Source of the DNA: Yuukianura sp. NJ FZ-2021 | Lineage: Eukaryota | DNA length: 64,000 nucleotides | Assembly (NCBI GenBank): GCA_046563655.1 | Contig: JAJCTO010000011.1 | Span: forward strand, 62,001 to 126,000 | Reading direction: 5' to 3' | Shown here: in pieces, positions 1 through 12,000 of the stretch | Position numbering within the stretch: the stretch's first letter is position 1 | How the letters are laid out: each line of letters starts with the position of its first letter | Notes under the pieces: generated by a model | Databases searched by the model: none | What the model saw: the letters and a program-made list of their open reading frames with translations, nothing else | Told to the model about the DNA's origin: nothing | Translations under genes and position numbers: made by a program

Positions 1-3000
1 CTTGCTGTGTCGTCCATCATCTTGTTACCTTTATTTATGAAAATTCATGTTTCAAAACAAAAAATTCAAAAGAAATGCATTCCGGAACAATGTTGGGTAA
101 AAGTCAACTATATTTTTGGAATCCTCATAAAAAGTGCTACAGGAACCCACGTTCAGTTGCTGTGTCGTCCCTCATCTCGTGACCCTTTTTTTATGAAAAT
201 TTGTTTCAAAACAAATCAATCGAAAAACCTCCACGCGGAGCGATGCCGGGCGAAAATGAGTTACTTTTCTGAAATCCTGCTGAAAAGTACTACAGGAACC
301 AAAGTTTAATTGGCGTGGATAGATTGCAATTAAATCTGGTTAGAGCGTACTTAAAAGTCTGAATGAAACGCTCAACTTCGGATTTTATCTCGGGTTGGAA
401 TACGGCACCCAGGGCAATGTCGAGCACCATTTTGACACAAAACGACTTAAATTTGTGAGAGTGAACATGCAAATGTGAGAATGAACAGAAAGTAAATTAC
501 ATTTTTGAAATCCTCATAAAAAGTGCTACAGGAACCCACTTTCACTTGCTGTGTCGTCCATCATCTTGTTACCTTTATTTATGAAAATTCATGTTTCAAA
601 ACAAAAAATTCAAAAGAAATGCATTCCGGAACGATGCTGGGTAAAAGTCAACTATACTTTTGAAATCCTCATAAAAAGTGCTACAGGAACCCACTTTCAC
701 TTGCTGTGTCGTCCATCATCTTGTTACCTTTATTTATGAAAATCCATGTTTCAAAACATAGAATTCAAAAGAAATGCATTCCGGAACGATGCTTAGGTAA
801 AAGTCAACTATATTTTTGGAATCCTCATAAAAAGTGCTACAGGAACCCACGTTCAGTTGCTGTGTCGTCCCTCATCTCGTGACCCTTTTTTTATGAAAAT
901 TTGTTTCAAAACAAACCAATCGAAAAACCTCCACGCGCAGCGATGCCGGGCAAAAATGAGTTACTTTTCTGAAATCCTGCTGAAAAGTACTACAGGAACA
1001 CAAGTTTAATTGGCGTGGATAGATCGCAATTAAATCTGGTTAAAGCGTACTTACAAGTCTGAATGAACCGCTCTGCCTCGGATTTTACCTTGGGTTGGTA
1101 TACGCCACACAGGGCAATGTCGAGCACCATTTTGACGCAGAACGACTTAAATTTGTGAGATTGAATATGCAAATGTGAGAATGAACAGAAAGTAAATTAC
1201 ATTTTTGAAATCCTCATAAAAAGGGCTACAGCAACCCACTTTCACTTGCTGTGTCGTCCATCATCTTGTTACCTGTATTTATGAAAATCCATGTTTCAAA
1301 ACAAAAAATTCAAAAGAAATGCATTCCGGAACAATGCTGGGTAAAAGTCAACTATATTTTTGGAATCCTCATAAAAAGTGCTACAGGAACCCACGTTCAG
1401 TTGCTGTGTCGTCCCTCATCTCGTGACCCTTTTTTTATGAAAATTTGTTTCAAAACAAATCAATCGAAAAACCTCCACGCGAAGCGATGCCGGGCGAAAA
1501 TGAGTTACTTTTCTGAAATCCTGCTGAAAAGTACTACAGGAACCAAAGTTTAATTGGCGTGGATAGATTGCAATTAAATCTGGTTAGAGCGTACTTAAAA
1601 GTCTGAATGAAACGCTCAACTTCGGATTTTATCTCGGGTTGGAATACGGCACCCAGGGCAATGTCGAGCACCATTTTGACACAAAACGACTTAAATTTGT
1701 GAGAGTGAACATGCAAATGTGAGAATGAACAGAAAGTAAATTACATTTTTGAAATCCTCATAAAAAGTGCTACAGGAACCCACTTTCACTTGCTGTGTCG
1801 TCCATCATCTTGTTACCTTTATTTATGAAAATTCATGTTTCAAAACAAAAAATTCAAAAGAAATGCATTCCGGAACGATGCTGGGTAAAAGTCAACTATA
1901 CTTTTGAAATCCTCATAAAAAGTGCTACAGGAACCCACTTTCACTTGCTGTGTCGTCCATCACCTTGTTACCTTTATTTATGAAAATTCATGTTTCAAAA
2001 CAAAGAATTCAAAAGAAATGCATTCCGGAACGATGCTTGGGTAAAAGTCAACTATATTTTTGGAATCCTCATAAAAAGTGCTACAGGAACCCACGTTCAG
2101 TTGCTGTGTCGTCCCTCATCTCGTGACCCTTTTTTTATGAAAATTTGTTTCAAAACAAATCAATCGAAAAACCTCCACGCGGAGCGATGCCGGGCGAAAA
2201 TGAGTTACTTTTCTGAAATCCTGCTGAAAAGTACTACAGGAACCAAAGTTTAATTGGCGTGGATAGATTGCAATTAAATCTGGTTAGAGCGTACTTAAAA
2301 GTCTGAATGAAACGCTCAACTTCGGATTTTATCTCGGGTTGGAATACGGCACCCAGGGCAATGTCGAGCACCATTTTGACACAAAACGACTTAAATTTGT
2401 GAGAGTGAACATGCAAATGTGAGAATGAACAGAAAGTAAATTACATTTTTGAAATCCTCATAAAAAGTGCTACAGGAACCCACTTTCACTTGCTGTGTCG
2501 TCCATCATCTTGTTACCTTTATTTATGAAAATTCATGTTTCAAAACAAAAAATTCAAAAGAAATGCATTCCGGAACGATGCTGGGTAAAAGTCAACTATA
2601 CTTTTGAAATCCTCATAAAAAGTGCTACAGGAACCCACTTTCACTTGCTGTGTCGTCCATCACCTTGTTACCTTTATTTATGAAAATCCATGTTTCAAAA
2701 CAAAGAATTCAAAAGAAATGCATTCCGGAACGATGCTTGGGTAAAAGTCAACTATATTTTTGGAATCCTCATAAAAAGTGCTACAGGAACCCACGTTCAG
2801 TTGCTGTGTCGTCCCTCATCTCGTGACCCTTTTTTTATGAAAATTTGTTTCAAAACAAATCAATCGAAAAACCTCCACGCGGAGCGATGCCGGGCAAAAA
2901 TGAGTTACTTTTCTGAAATCCTCCTGAAAAGTACTACAGGAACCAAAGTTTAATTGGCGTGGATAGATCGCAATTAAATCTGGTTAGAGCGTACTTAAAA

Positions 3001-6000
3001 GTCTTAATGAACCGCTCAACCTCGGATTTTATCTCGGGTTGGAATACGGCACCCAGGGCAATGTCGAGCACCATTTTGACACAAAACGACTTAAATTTGT
3101 GAGAGTGAACAAGCAAATGTGAGAATGAACAGAAAGTAAATTACATTTTTGAAATCCTCATAAAAAGTGCAACAGGAACCCACTTTCACTTGCTGTGTCG
3201 TCTATCATCTTGTTACCTTTATTTATGAAAATTCATGTTTCAAAACAAAAAATTCAAAAGAAATGCATTCCGGAACGATGCTGGGTAAAAGCCAACTATA
3301 TTTTTGAAATCCTCATAAAAAGTGCTACAGGAACCCACTTTCACTTGCTGTGGCGTCCATCATCTTGTTACCTTTATTATGAAAATCCATGTTTCAAAAC
3401 AAAAAATTCAAAAGAAATGCATTCCGGAACAATGCTGGGTAAAAGTCAACTATATTTTTGGAATCCTCATAAAAAGTGCTACAGGAACCCACGTTCAGTT
3501 GCTGTGTCGTCCCTCATCTCGTGACCCTTTTTTTATGAAAATTTGTTTCAAAACAAATCAATTGAAAAACCGCCACGAGGAGCGATGACGGGCGAAAATG
3601 AGTAACTTTTCTGAAATCCTCCTGAAAAGTACTACAGGTACCCACGTTCAGTTGCTGTGTCGTCCCTCATCTCGTTACCCTTTATTTATGAAAATTTGTG
3701 TCGAAACAAATCATTCAAAAAAACCTCCACGCGGAGCGATGCCGGGTGAAAATGAGTAACTTTTCTGAAATCCTCCTGAAAAGTACTACAGGAACCCAAG
3801 TTTAATTGGCGTGGATAGATTGCAATTAAATCTGGTTAGAGCGTACTTAAAAGTCTGAATGAAACGCTCAACTTCGGATTTTATCTCGGGTTGGAATACG
3901 GCACCCAGGGCAATGTCGAGCACCATTTTGATACAAAACGACTTAAATTTGTGAGAGTGAACATGCAAATATGAGAATGAACAGAAAGTAAATTACATTT
4001 TTGAAATCCTCATAAAAAGTGCTACAGGAACCCACTTTCACTTGCTGTGTCGTCCATCATCTTGTTACCTTTATTTATGAAAATCCATGTTTCAAAACAA
4101 AGAATTCAAAAGAAATGCATTCCGGAACGATGCTGGGTAAAAGTCAACTATACTTTTGAAATCCTCATAAAAAGTGCTACAGGAACCCACGTTCAGTTGC
4201 AGTGTCGTCCCTCATCTCGTGACCCTTTTTTTATGAAAATTTGTTTCAAAACAAATCAATCGAAAAACCTCCACGCGGAGCGATGCCGGGCAAAAATGAG
4301 TTACTTTTTTGAAATCCTGCTGAAAAGTACTACAGAAACCAAAGTTTAATTGGCGTGGATAGATTGCAATTAAATCTGGTTAGAGCGTACTTAAAAGTCT
4401 GAATGAAACGCTCAACTTCGGATTTTATCTCGGGTTGGAATACGGCACCCAGGGCAATGTCGAGCACCATTTTGACACAAAACGACTTAAATTTGTGAGA
4501 GTGAACATGCAAATGTGAGAATGAACAGAAAGTAAATTACATTTTTGAAATCCTCATAAAAAGTGCTACAGGAACCCACTTTCACTTGATGTGTCGTCCA
4601 TCATCTTGTTACCTTTATTTATGAAAATTCATGTTTCAAAACAAAGAATTCAAAAGAAATGCATTCCGGAACGATGCTGGGTAAAAGTCATTTATATTTT
4701 TGGAATCCTCATAAAAAGTGCTACCGGAACCCACGCACGTTGGGAAATAGGAGAGAAAAAGGCGACAAGGTTTTACATGTGTTTAAATGGGATTTCTTGT
4801 CGCATTTTTCTCTCCTATTTCCCAACGTGCCACGTTCAGTTGTTGTGTCGTCCCTCATCTCGTGACCCTTTTTTATGAAAATTTGTTTCAAAACAAATCA
4901 ATCGAAAAACCTCCACGCGGAGCGATGCCGGGCGAAAATGAGTTACTTTTTTGAAATCCTCCTGAAAAGTACTACAGGAACCCACGTTCATTTGCTGTGT
5001 CGTCCCTCATCTCGTGACCCTTTATTTATGAAAATTTGTGTCGAAACAAATCATTCAAAGAAACCTCCACGCGAAGCGATGCCGGGTGAAAATGAGTAAC
5101 TTTTCTGAAATCCTCCTGAAAAGTACTACAGGAACCCAAGTTTAATTGGCGTGGATAGATCGCAATTAAATCTGGTTAGAGCGCACTTAAAAGTCTGAAT
5201 GAAACGCTCAACTTCGGATTATATCTCGGGTTGGAATACGGCACCCAGGGCAATGTCGAGCACCATTTTGACACAAAACGACTTAAATTTATGAGAGTGA
5301 ACATGCAAATGTGAGAATGAACAGAAAGTAAATTACATTTTTGAAATCCTCCTGAAAAGTACTACAGGAACCCAAGTTTAATTGGCGTGGATAGATCGCA
5401 ATTAAATCTGGTTAGAGCGCACTTAAAAGTCTGAATGAACCGCTCAACCTCGGATTTTATCTCGGGTTGGAATACGGCACCCAGGGCAATGTCGAGCACC
5501 ATTTTGACACAAAACGACTTAAATTTATGAGAGTGAACATGCAAATGTGAGAATGAACAGAAAGTAAATTACATTTTTGAAATCCTCATAAAAAGTGCTA
5601 CAGGAACCCGCTTTCACTTGCTGTGTCGTCCATCATCTTGTTACCTTTATTTATGAAAATTCATGTTTCAAAACAAAAAATTCAAAAGAAATTCATTCCG
5701 GAACGATGCTGGGTAAAAGTCAACTATACTTTTGAAATCCTCATAAAAAGTGCTACAGGAACCCACGTTCAGTTGCTGTGTCGTCCTTCATCTCGTGACC
5801 CTTTTTTTATGAAAATTTGTTTCAAAACAAATCAATCGAAAAACCTCCACGCGGAGCGATGCCGGGCGAAAATGAGTTACTTTTCTGAAATCCTGCTGAA
5901 AAGTACTACAGGAACCAAAGTTTAATTGGCGTGGATAGATTGCAATTAAATCTGGTTAGAGCGTACTTAAAAGTCTGAATGAAACGCTCAACTTCGGATT

Positions 6001-9000
6001 TTATCTCGGGTTGGAATACGGCACCCAGCGCAATGTCGAGCACCATTTTGACACAAAACGACTTAAATTTGTGAGAGTGATTATGCAAATGTGAGAATGA
6101 ACAGAAAGTAAATTACATTTTTGAAATCCTCATAAAAAGTGCTACAGGAACCCACTCTCACTTGCTGTGTCGTCCATCATCTTGTTAACTTTATTTATGA
6201 AAATTCATGTTTCAAAACAAAGAATTCAAAAGAAATGCATTCCGGAACGATGCTGGGTAAAAGTCATTTATATTTTTGGAATCCTCATAAAAAGTGCTAC
6301 AGGAACCCACATTCAGTTGCTGTGTCGTCCCTCATCTCGTGACCCTTTTTTTATGAAAATTTGTTTCAAAACAAATCAATCGAAAAACCTCCACGCGGAG
6401 CGATGCCGGGCGAAAATGAGTTACTTTTCTGAAATCCTGCTGAAAAGTACTGCAGGAACCAAAGTTTAATTGGCGTGGATAGATTGCAATTAAATCTGGT
6501 TAGAGCGTACTTAAAAGTCTGAATGAAACGCTCAACTTCGGATTTTATCTCGGGTTGGAATACGGCACCCAGCGCAATGTCGAGCACCATTTTGACACAA
6601 AACGACTTAAATTTGTGAGAGTGAATATGCAAATGTGAGAATGAACAGAAAGTAAATTACATTTTTGAAATCCTCATAAAAAGTGCTACAGGAACCCACT
6701 TTCACTTGCTGTGTCGTCCATCATCTTGTTACTTTATTTATAAAAATTCATGTTTCAAAACAAAGAATTCAAAAGAAATGCATTCCGGAACGATGCTGGG
6801 TAAAAGTCATTTATATTTTTGGAATCCTCATAAAAAGTGCTACAGGAACCCACATTCAGTTGCTGTGTCGTCCCTCATCTCGTGACCCTTTTTTTATGAA
6901 AATTTGTTTCAAAACAAATCAATCGAAAAACCTCCACGCGGAGCGATGCCGGGCGAAAATGAGTTACTTTTCTGAAATCCTGCTGAAAAGTACTGCAGGA
7001 ACCAAAGTTTAATTGGCGTGGATAGATTGCAATTAAATCTGGTTAGAGCGTACTTAAAAGTCTGAATGAAACGCTCAACTTCGGATTTTATCTCGGGTTG
7101 GAATACGGCACCCAGGGCAATGTCGAGCACCATTTTGACACAAAACGACTTAAATTTGTGAGAGTGAACATGCAAATGTGAGAATGAACAGAAAGTAAAT
7201 TACATTTTTGAAATCCTCATAAAAAGTGCTACAGGAACCCGCTTTCACTTGCTGTGTCGTCCATCATCTTGTTACCTTTATTTATGAAAATTCATGTTTC
7301 AAAACAAAAAATTCAAAAGAAATGCATTCCGGAACGATGCTGGGTAAAAGTCAACTATACTTTTGAAATCCTCATAAAAAGTGCTACAGGAACCCACGTT
7401 CAGTTGCTGTGTCGTCCCTCATCTCGTGACCCTTTTTTTATGAAAATTTGTTTCAAAACAAATCAATCGAAAAACCTCCACGCGGAGCGATGCCGGGCGA
7501 AAATGAGTTACTTTTCTGAAATCCTGCTGAAAAGTACTACAGGAACCAAAGTTTAATTGGCGTGGATAGATTGCAATTAAATCTGGTTAGAGCGTACTTA
7601 AAAGTCTGAATGAAACGCTCAACTTCGGATTTTATCTCGGGTTGGAATACGGCACCCAGGGCAATGTCGAGCACCATTTTGACACAAAACGACTTAAATT
7701 TGTGAGAGTGAACATGCAAATGTGAGAATGAACAGAAAGTAAATTACATTTTTGAAATCCTCATAAAAAGTGCTACAGGAACCCACTTTCACTTGCTGTG
7801 TCGTCCATCATCTTGTTACCTTTATTTATGAAAATTCATGTTTCAAAACAAAAAATTCAAAAGAAATGCATTCCGGAACGATGCTGGGTAAAAGTCAACT
7901 ATACTTTTGAAATCCTCATAAAAAGGGCTACAGGAACCCACGTTCAGTTGCTGTGTCGTCCCTCATCTCGTGACCCTTTTTTATAAAAATTTTTTTCAAA
8001 ACAAATCACACGAAAAACCTCCACGCGGAGCGATGCCGGGCGAAAATGAGTTACTTTTCTGAAATCCTGCTGAAAAGTACTACAGGAACCAACGTTTAAT
8101 TGGCGTGGATAGATTGCAATTAAATCTGGTTAGAGCGTACTTAAAAGTCTGAATGAAACGCTCAACTTCGGATTTTATCTCGAGTTGGAATACGCCACCC
8201 AGGGCAATGTCGAGCACCATTTTGACGCAAAGCGACTTAAATTTGTGAGAATGAACATGCAAATGTGAGAATGAACAGAAAGTAAATTACATTTTTGAAA
8301 TCCTCATAAAAAGTGCTACAGGAACCCACTTTCACTTGCTGTGTCGTCCCTTATCTTGTTACCATTGTTTATGAAAATTCATGTTTCAAAACAAAAAATT
8401 CAAAAGAAATGCATTCCGGAACAATGCTGGGTAAAAGTCAACTATATTTTTGGAATCCTCATAAAAAGTGCTACAGGAACCCACGTTCAGTTGCTGTGTC
8501 GTCCCTCATCTCGTGACCCTTTTTTTATGAAAATTTGTTTCAAAACAAATCAATCGAAAAACCTCCACGCGGAGCAATGCCGGGCGAAAATGAGTTACTT
8601 TTCTGAAATCCTGCTGAAAAGTACTACAGGAACCAAAGTTTAATTGGCGTGGATAGATTGCAATTAAATCTGGTTAGAGCGTACTTAAAAGTCTGAATGA
8701 AACGCTCAACTTCGGATTTTATCTCGGGTTGGAATACGGCACCCAGGGCAATGTCGAGCACCATTTTGACACAAAACGACTTAAATTTGTGAGAGTGAAC
8801 ATGCAAATGTGAGAATGAACAGAAAGTAAATTACATTTTTGAAATCCTCATAAAAAGTGCTACAGGAACCCGCTTTCACTTGCTGTGTCGTCCATCATCT
8901 TGTTACCTCTATTTATGAAAATTCATGTTTCAAAACAAAAAATTCAAAAGAAATGCATTCCGGAACGATGCTGGGTAAAAGTCAACTATACTTTTGAAAT

Positions 9001-12000
9001 CCTCATAAAAAGTGCTACAGGAACCCACGTTCAGTTGCTGTGTCGTCCCTCATCTCGTGACCCTTTTTTTATGAAAATTTGTTTCAAAACAAATCAATCG
9101 AAAAACCTCCACGCGGAGCGATGCCGGGCGAAAATGAGTTACTTTTCTGAAATCCTGCTGAAAAGTACTACAGGAACCAAAGTTTAATTGGCGTGGATAG
9201 ATTGCAATTAAATCTGGTTAGAGCGTACTTAAAAGTCTGAATGAAACGCTCAACTTCGGATTTTATCTCGGGTTGGAATACGGCACCCAGGGCAATGTCG
9301 AGCACCATTTTGACGCAGAACGACTTAAATTTGTGAGATTGAATATGCAAATGTGAGAATGAACAGAAAGTAAATTACATTTTTGAAATCCTCATAAAAA
9401 GTGCTACAGGAACCCACTTTCACTTGCTGTGTCGTCCATCATCTTGTTACCTTTATTTATGAAAATTCATGTTTCAAAACAAAAAATTCAAAAGAAATGC
9501 ATTCCGGAACGATGCTGGGTAAAAGTCAACTATACTTTTGAAATCCTCATAAAAAGTGCAACAGGAACCCACTTTCACTTGCTGTGTCGTCCATCATCTT
9601 GTTACCTTTATTTATGAAAATTCATGTTTCAAAACAAAAAATTCAAAAGAAATGCATTCCGGAACGATGCTGGGTAAAAGTCAACTATACTTTTGAAATC
9701 CTCATAAAAAGTGCTACAGGAACCCACGTTCAGTTGCTGTGTCGTCCCTCATCTCGTGACCCTTTTTTTATGAAAATTTGTTTCAAAACAAATCAATCGA
9801 AAAACCTCCACGCGGAGCGATGCCGGGCGAAAATGAGTTACTTTTCTGAAATCCTGCTGAAAAGTACTACAGGAACCCAAGTTTAATTGGCGTGGATAGA
9901 TTGCAATTAAATCTGGTTAGAGCGTACTTAAAAGTCTGAATGAAACGCTCAACTTCGGATTTTATCTCGGGTTGGAATACGGCACCCAGGGCAATGTCGA
10001 GCACCATTTTGACACAAAACGACTTAAATTTGTGAGAGTGAACATGCAAATGTGAGAATGAACAGAAAGTAAATTACATTTTTGAAATCCTCATAAAAAG
10101 TGCTACAGGAACCCACTTTCACTTGCTGTGTCGTCCATCATCTTGTTACCTTTATTTATGAAAATTCATGTTTCAAAACAAAAAATTCAAAAGAAATGCA
10201 TTCCGGAACGATGCTGGGTAAAAGTCAACTATACTTTTGAAATCCTCATAAAAAGTGCTACAGGAACCCACTTTCACTTGCTGTGTCGTCCATCATCTTG
10301 TTACCTTTATTTATGAAAATCCATGTTTCAAAACATAGAATTCAAAAGAAATGCATTCCGGAACGATGCTTAGGTAAAAGTCAACTATATTTTTGGAATC
10401 CTCATAAAAAGTCCTACAGGAACCCACGTTCAGTTGCTGTGTCGTCCCTCATCTCGTGACCCTTTTTTTATGAAAATTTGTTTCAAAACAAACCAATCGA
10501 AAAACCTCCACGCGCAGCGATGCCGGGCAAAAATGAGTTACTTTTCTGAAATCCTTCTGAAAAGTACTACAGGAACACAAGTTTAATTGGCGTGGATAGA
10601 TCGCAATTAAATCTGGTTAAAGCGTACTTACAAGTCTGAATGAACCGCTCTGCCTCGGATTTTACCTTGGGTTGGTATACGCCACACAGGGCAATGTCGA
10701 GCACCATTTTGACGCAAAGCGACTTAAATTTGTGAGAATGAACATGCAAATGTGAGAATGAACAGAAAGTAAATTACATTTTTGAAATCCTCATAAAAAG
10801 TGCTACAGGAACCCACTTTCACTTGCTGTGTCGTCCATCATCTTGTTACCATTATTTATGAAAATTCATGTTTCAAAACAAAAAATTCAAAAGAAATGCA
10901 TTCCGGAACAATGCTGGGTAAAAGTCAACTATATTTTGGAATCCTCATAAAAAGTGCTACAGGAACCCACGTTCAGTTGCTGTGTCGTCCCTCATCTCGT
11001 GACCCTTTTTTTATGAAAATTTGTTTCAAAACAAATCAATCGAAAAACCTCCACGCGAAGCGATGCCGGGCGAAAATGAGTTACTTTTCTGAAATCCTGC
11101 TGAAAAGTACTACAGGAACCAAAGTTTAATTGGCGTGGATAGATTGCAATTAAATCTGGTTAGAGCGTACTTAAAAGTCTGAATGAAACGCTCAACTTCG
11201 GATTTTATCTCGGGTTGGAATACGGCACCCAGGGCAATGTCGAGCACCATTTTGACACAAAACGACTTAAATTTGTGAGAGTGAACATGCAAATGTGAGA
11301 ATGAACAGAAAGTAAATTACATTTTTGAAATCCTCATAAAAAGTGCTACAGGAACCCACTTTCACTTGCTGTGTCGTCCATCATCTTGTTACCTTTATTT
11401 ATGAAAATTCATGTTTCAAAACAAAAAATTCAAAAGAAATGCATTCCGGAACGATGCTGGGTAAAAGTCAACTATACTTTTGAAATCCTCATAAAAAGTG
11501 CTACAGGAACCCACTTTCACTTGCTGTGTCGTCCATCACCTTGTTACCTTTATTTATGAAAATCCATGTTTCAAAACAAAGAATTCAAAAGAAATGCATT
11601 CCGGAACGATGCTTGGGTAAAAGTCAACTATATTTTTGGAATCCTCATAAAAAGTGCTACGGGAACCCACGTTCAGTTGCTGTGTCGTCCCTCATCTCGT
11701 GACCCTTTTTTTATGAAAATTTGTTTCAAAACAAATCAATCGAAAAACCTCCACGCGGAGCGATGCCGGGCAAAAATGAGTTACTTTTCTGAAATCCTCC
11801 TGAAAAGTACTACAGGAACCAAAGTTTAATTGGCGTGGATAGATCGCAATTAAATCTGGTTAGAGCGTACTTAAAAGTCTGAATGAACCGCTCAACCTCG
11901 GATTTTATCTCGGGTTGGAATACGGCACCCAGTGCAATGTCGAGCACCATTCTGACACAAAACGACTTAAATTTGTGAGAGTGAACAAGCAAATGTGAGA

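Noticed and set aside
343..372. Hammerhead-like words in C (GAGCGTA...CTGAATGAAACGCTC)
   Set aside because: It has CTGAATGA rather than CTGANGA, there is no stem II before GAAA, and many copies read GAACCGCTC, which destroys the core.
375..408. CENP-B-box-like sequence (cttcggattttatctcggg; gttggaatacgg)
   Set aside because: The TTCG to CGGG spacing is 10 nt instead of 7, so the essential positions are not matched.
110..700. CRISPR-like pattern of a constant ~35-bp repeat with intervening sequences
   Set aside because: The intervening segments are 120-200 bp and are themselves repeated (only 3-4 types). There are no cas genes and the context is eukaryotic.
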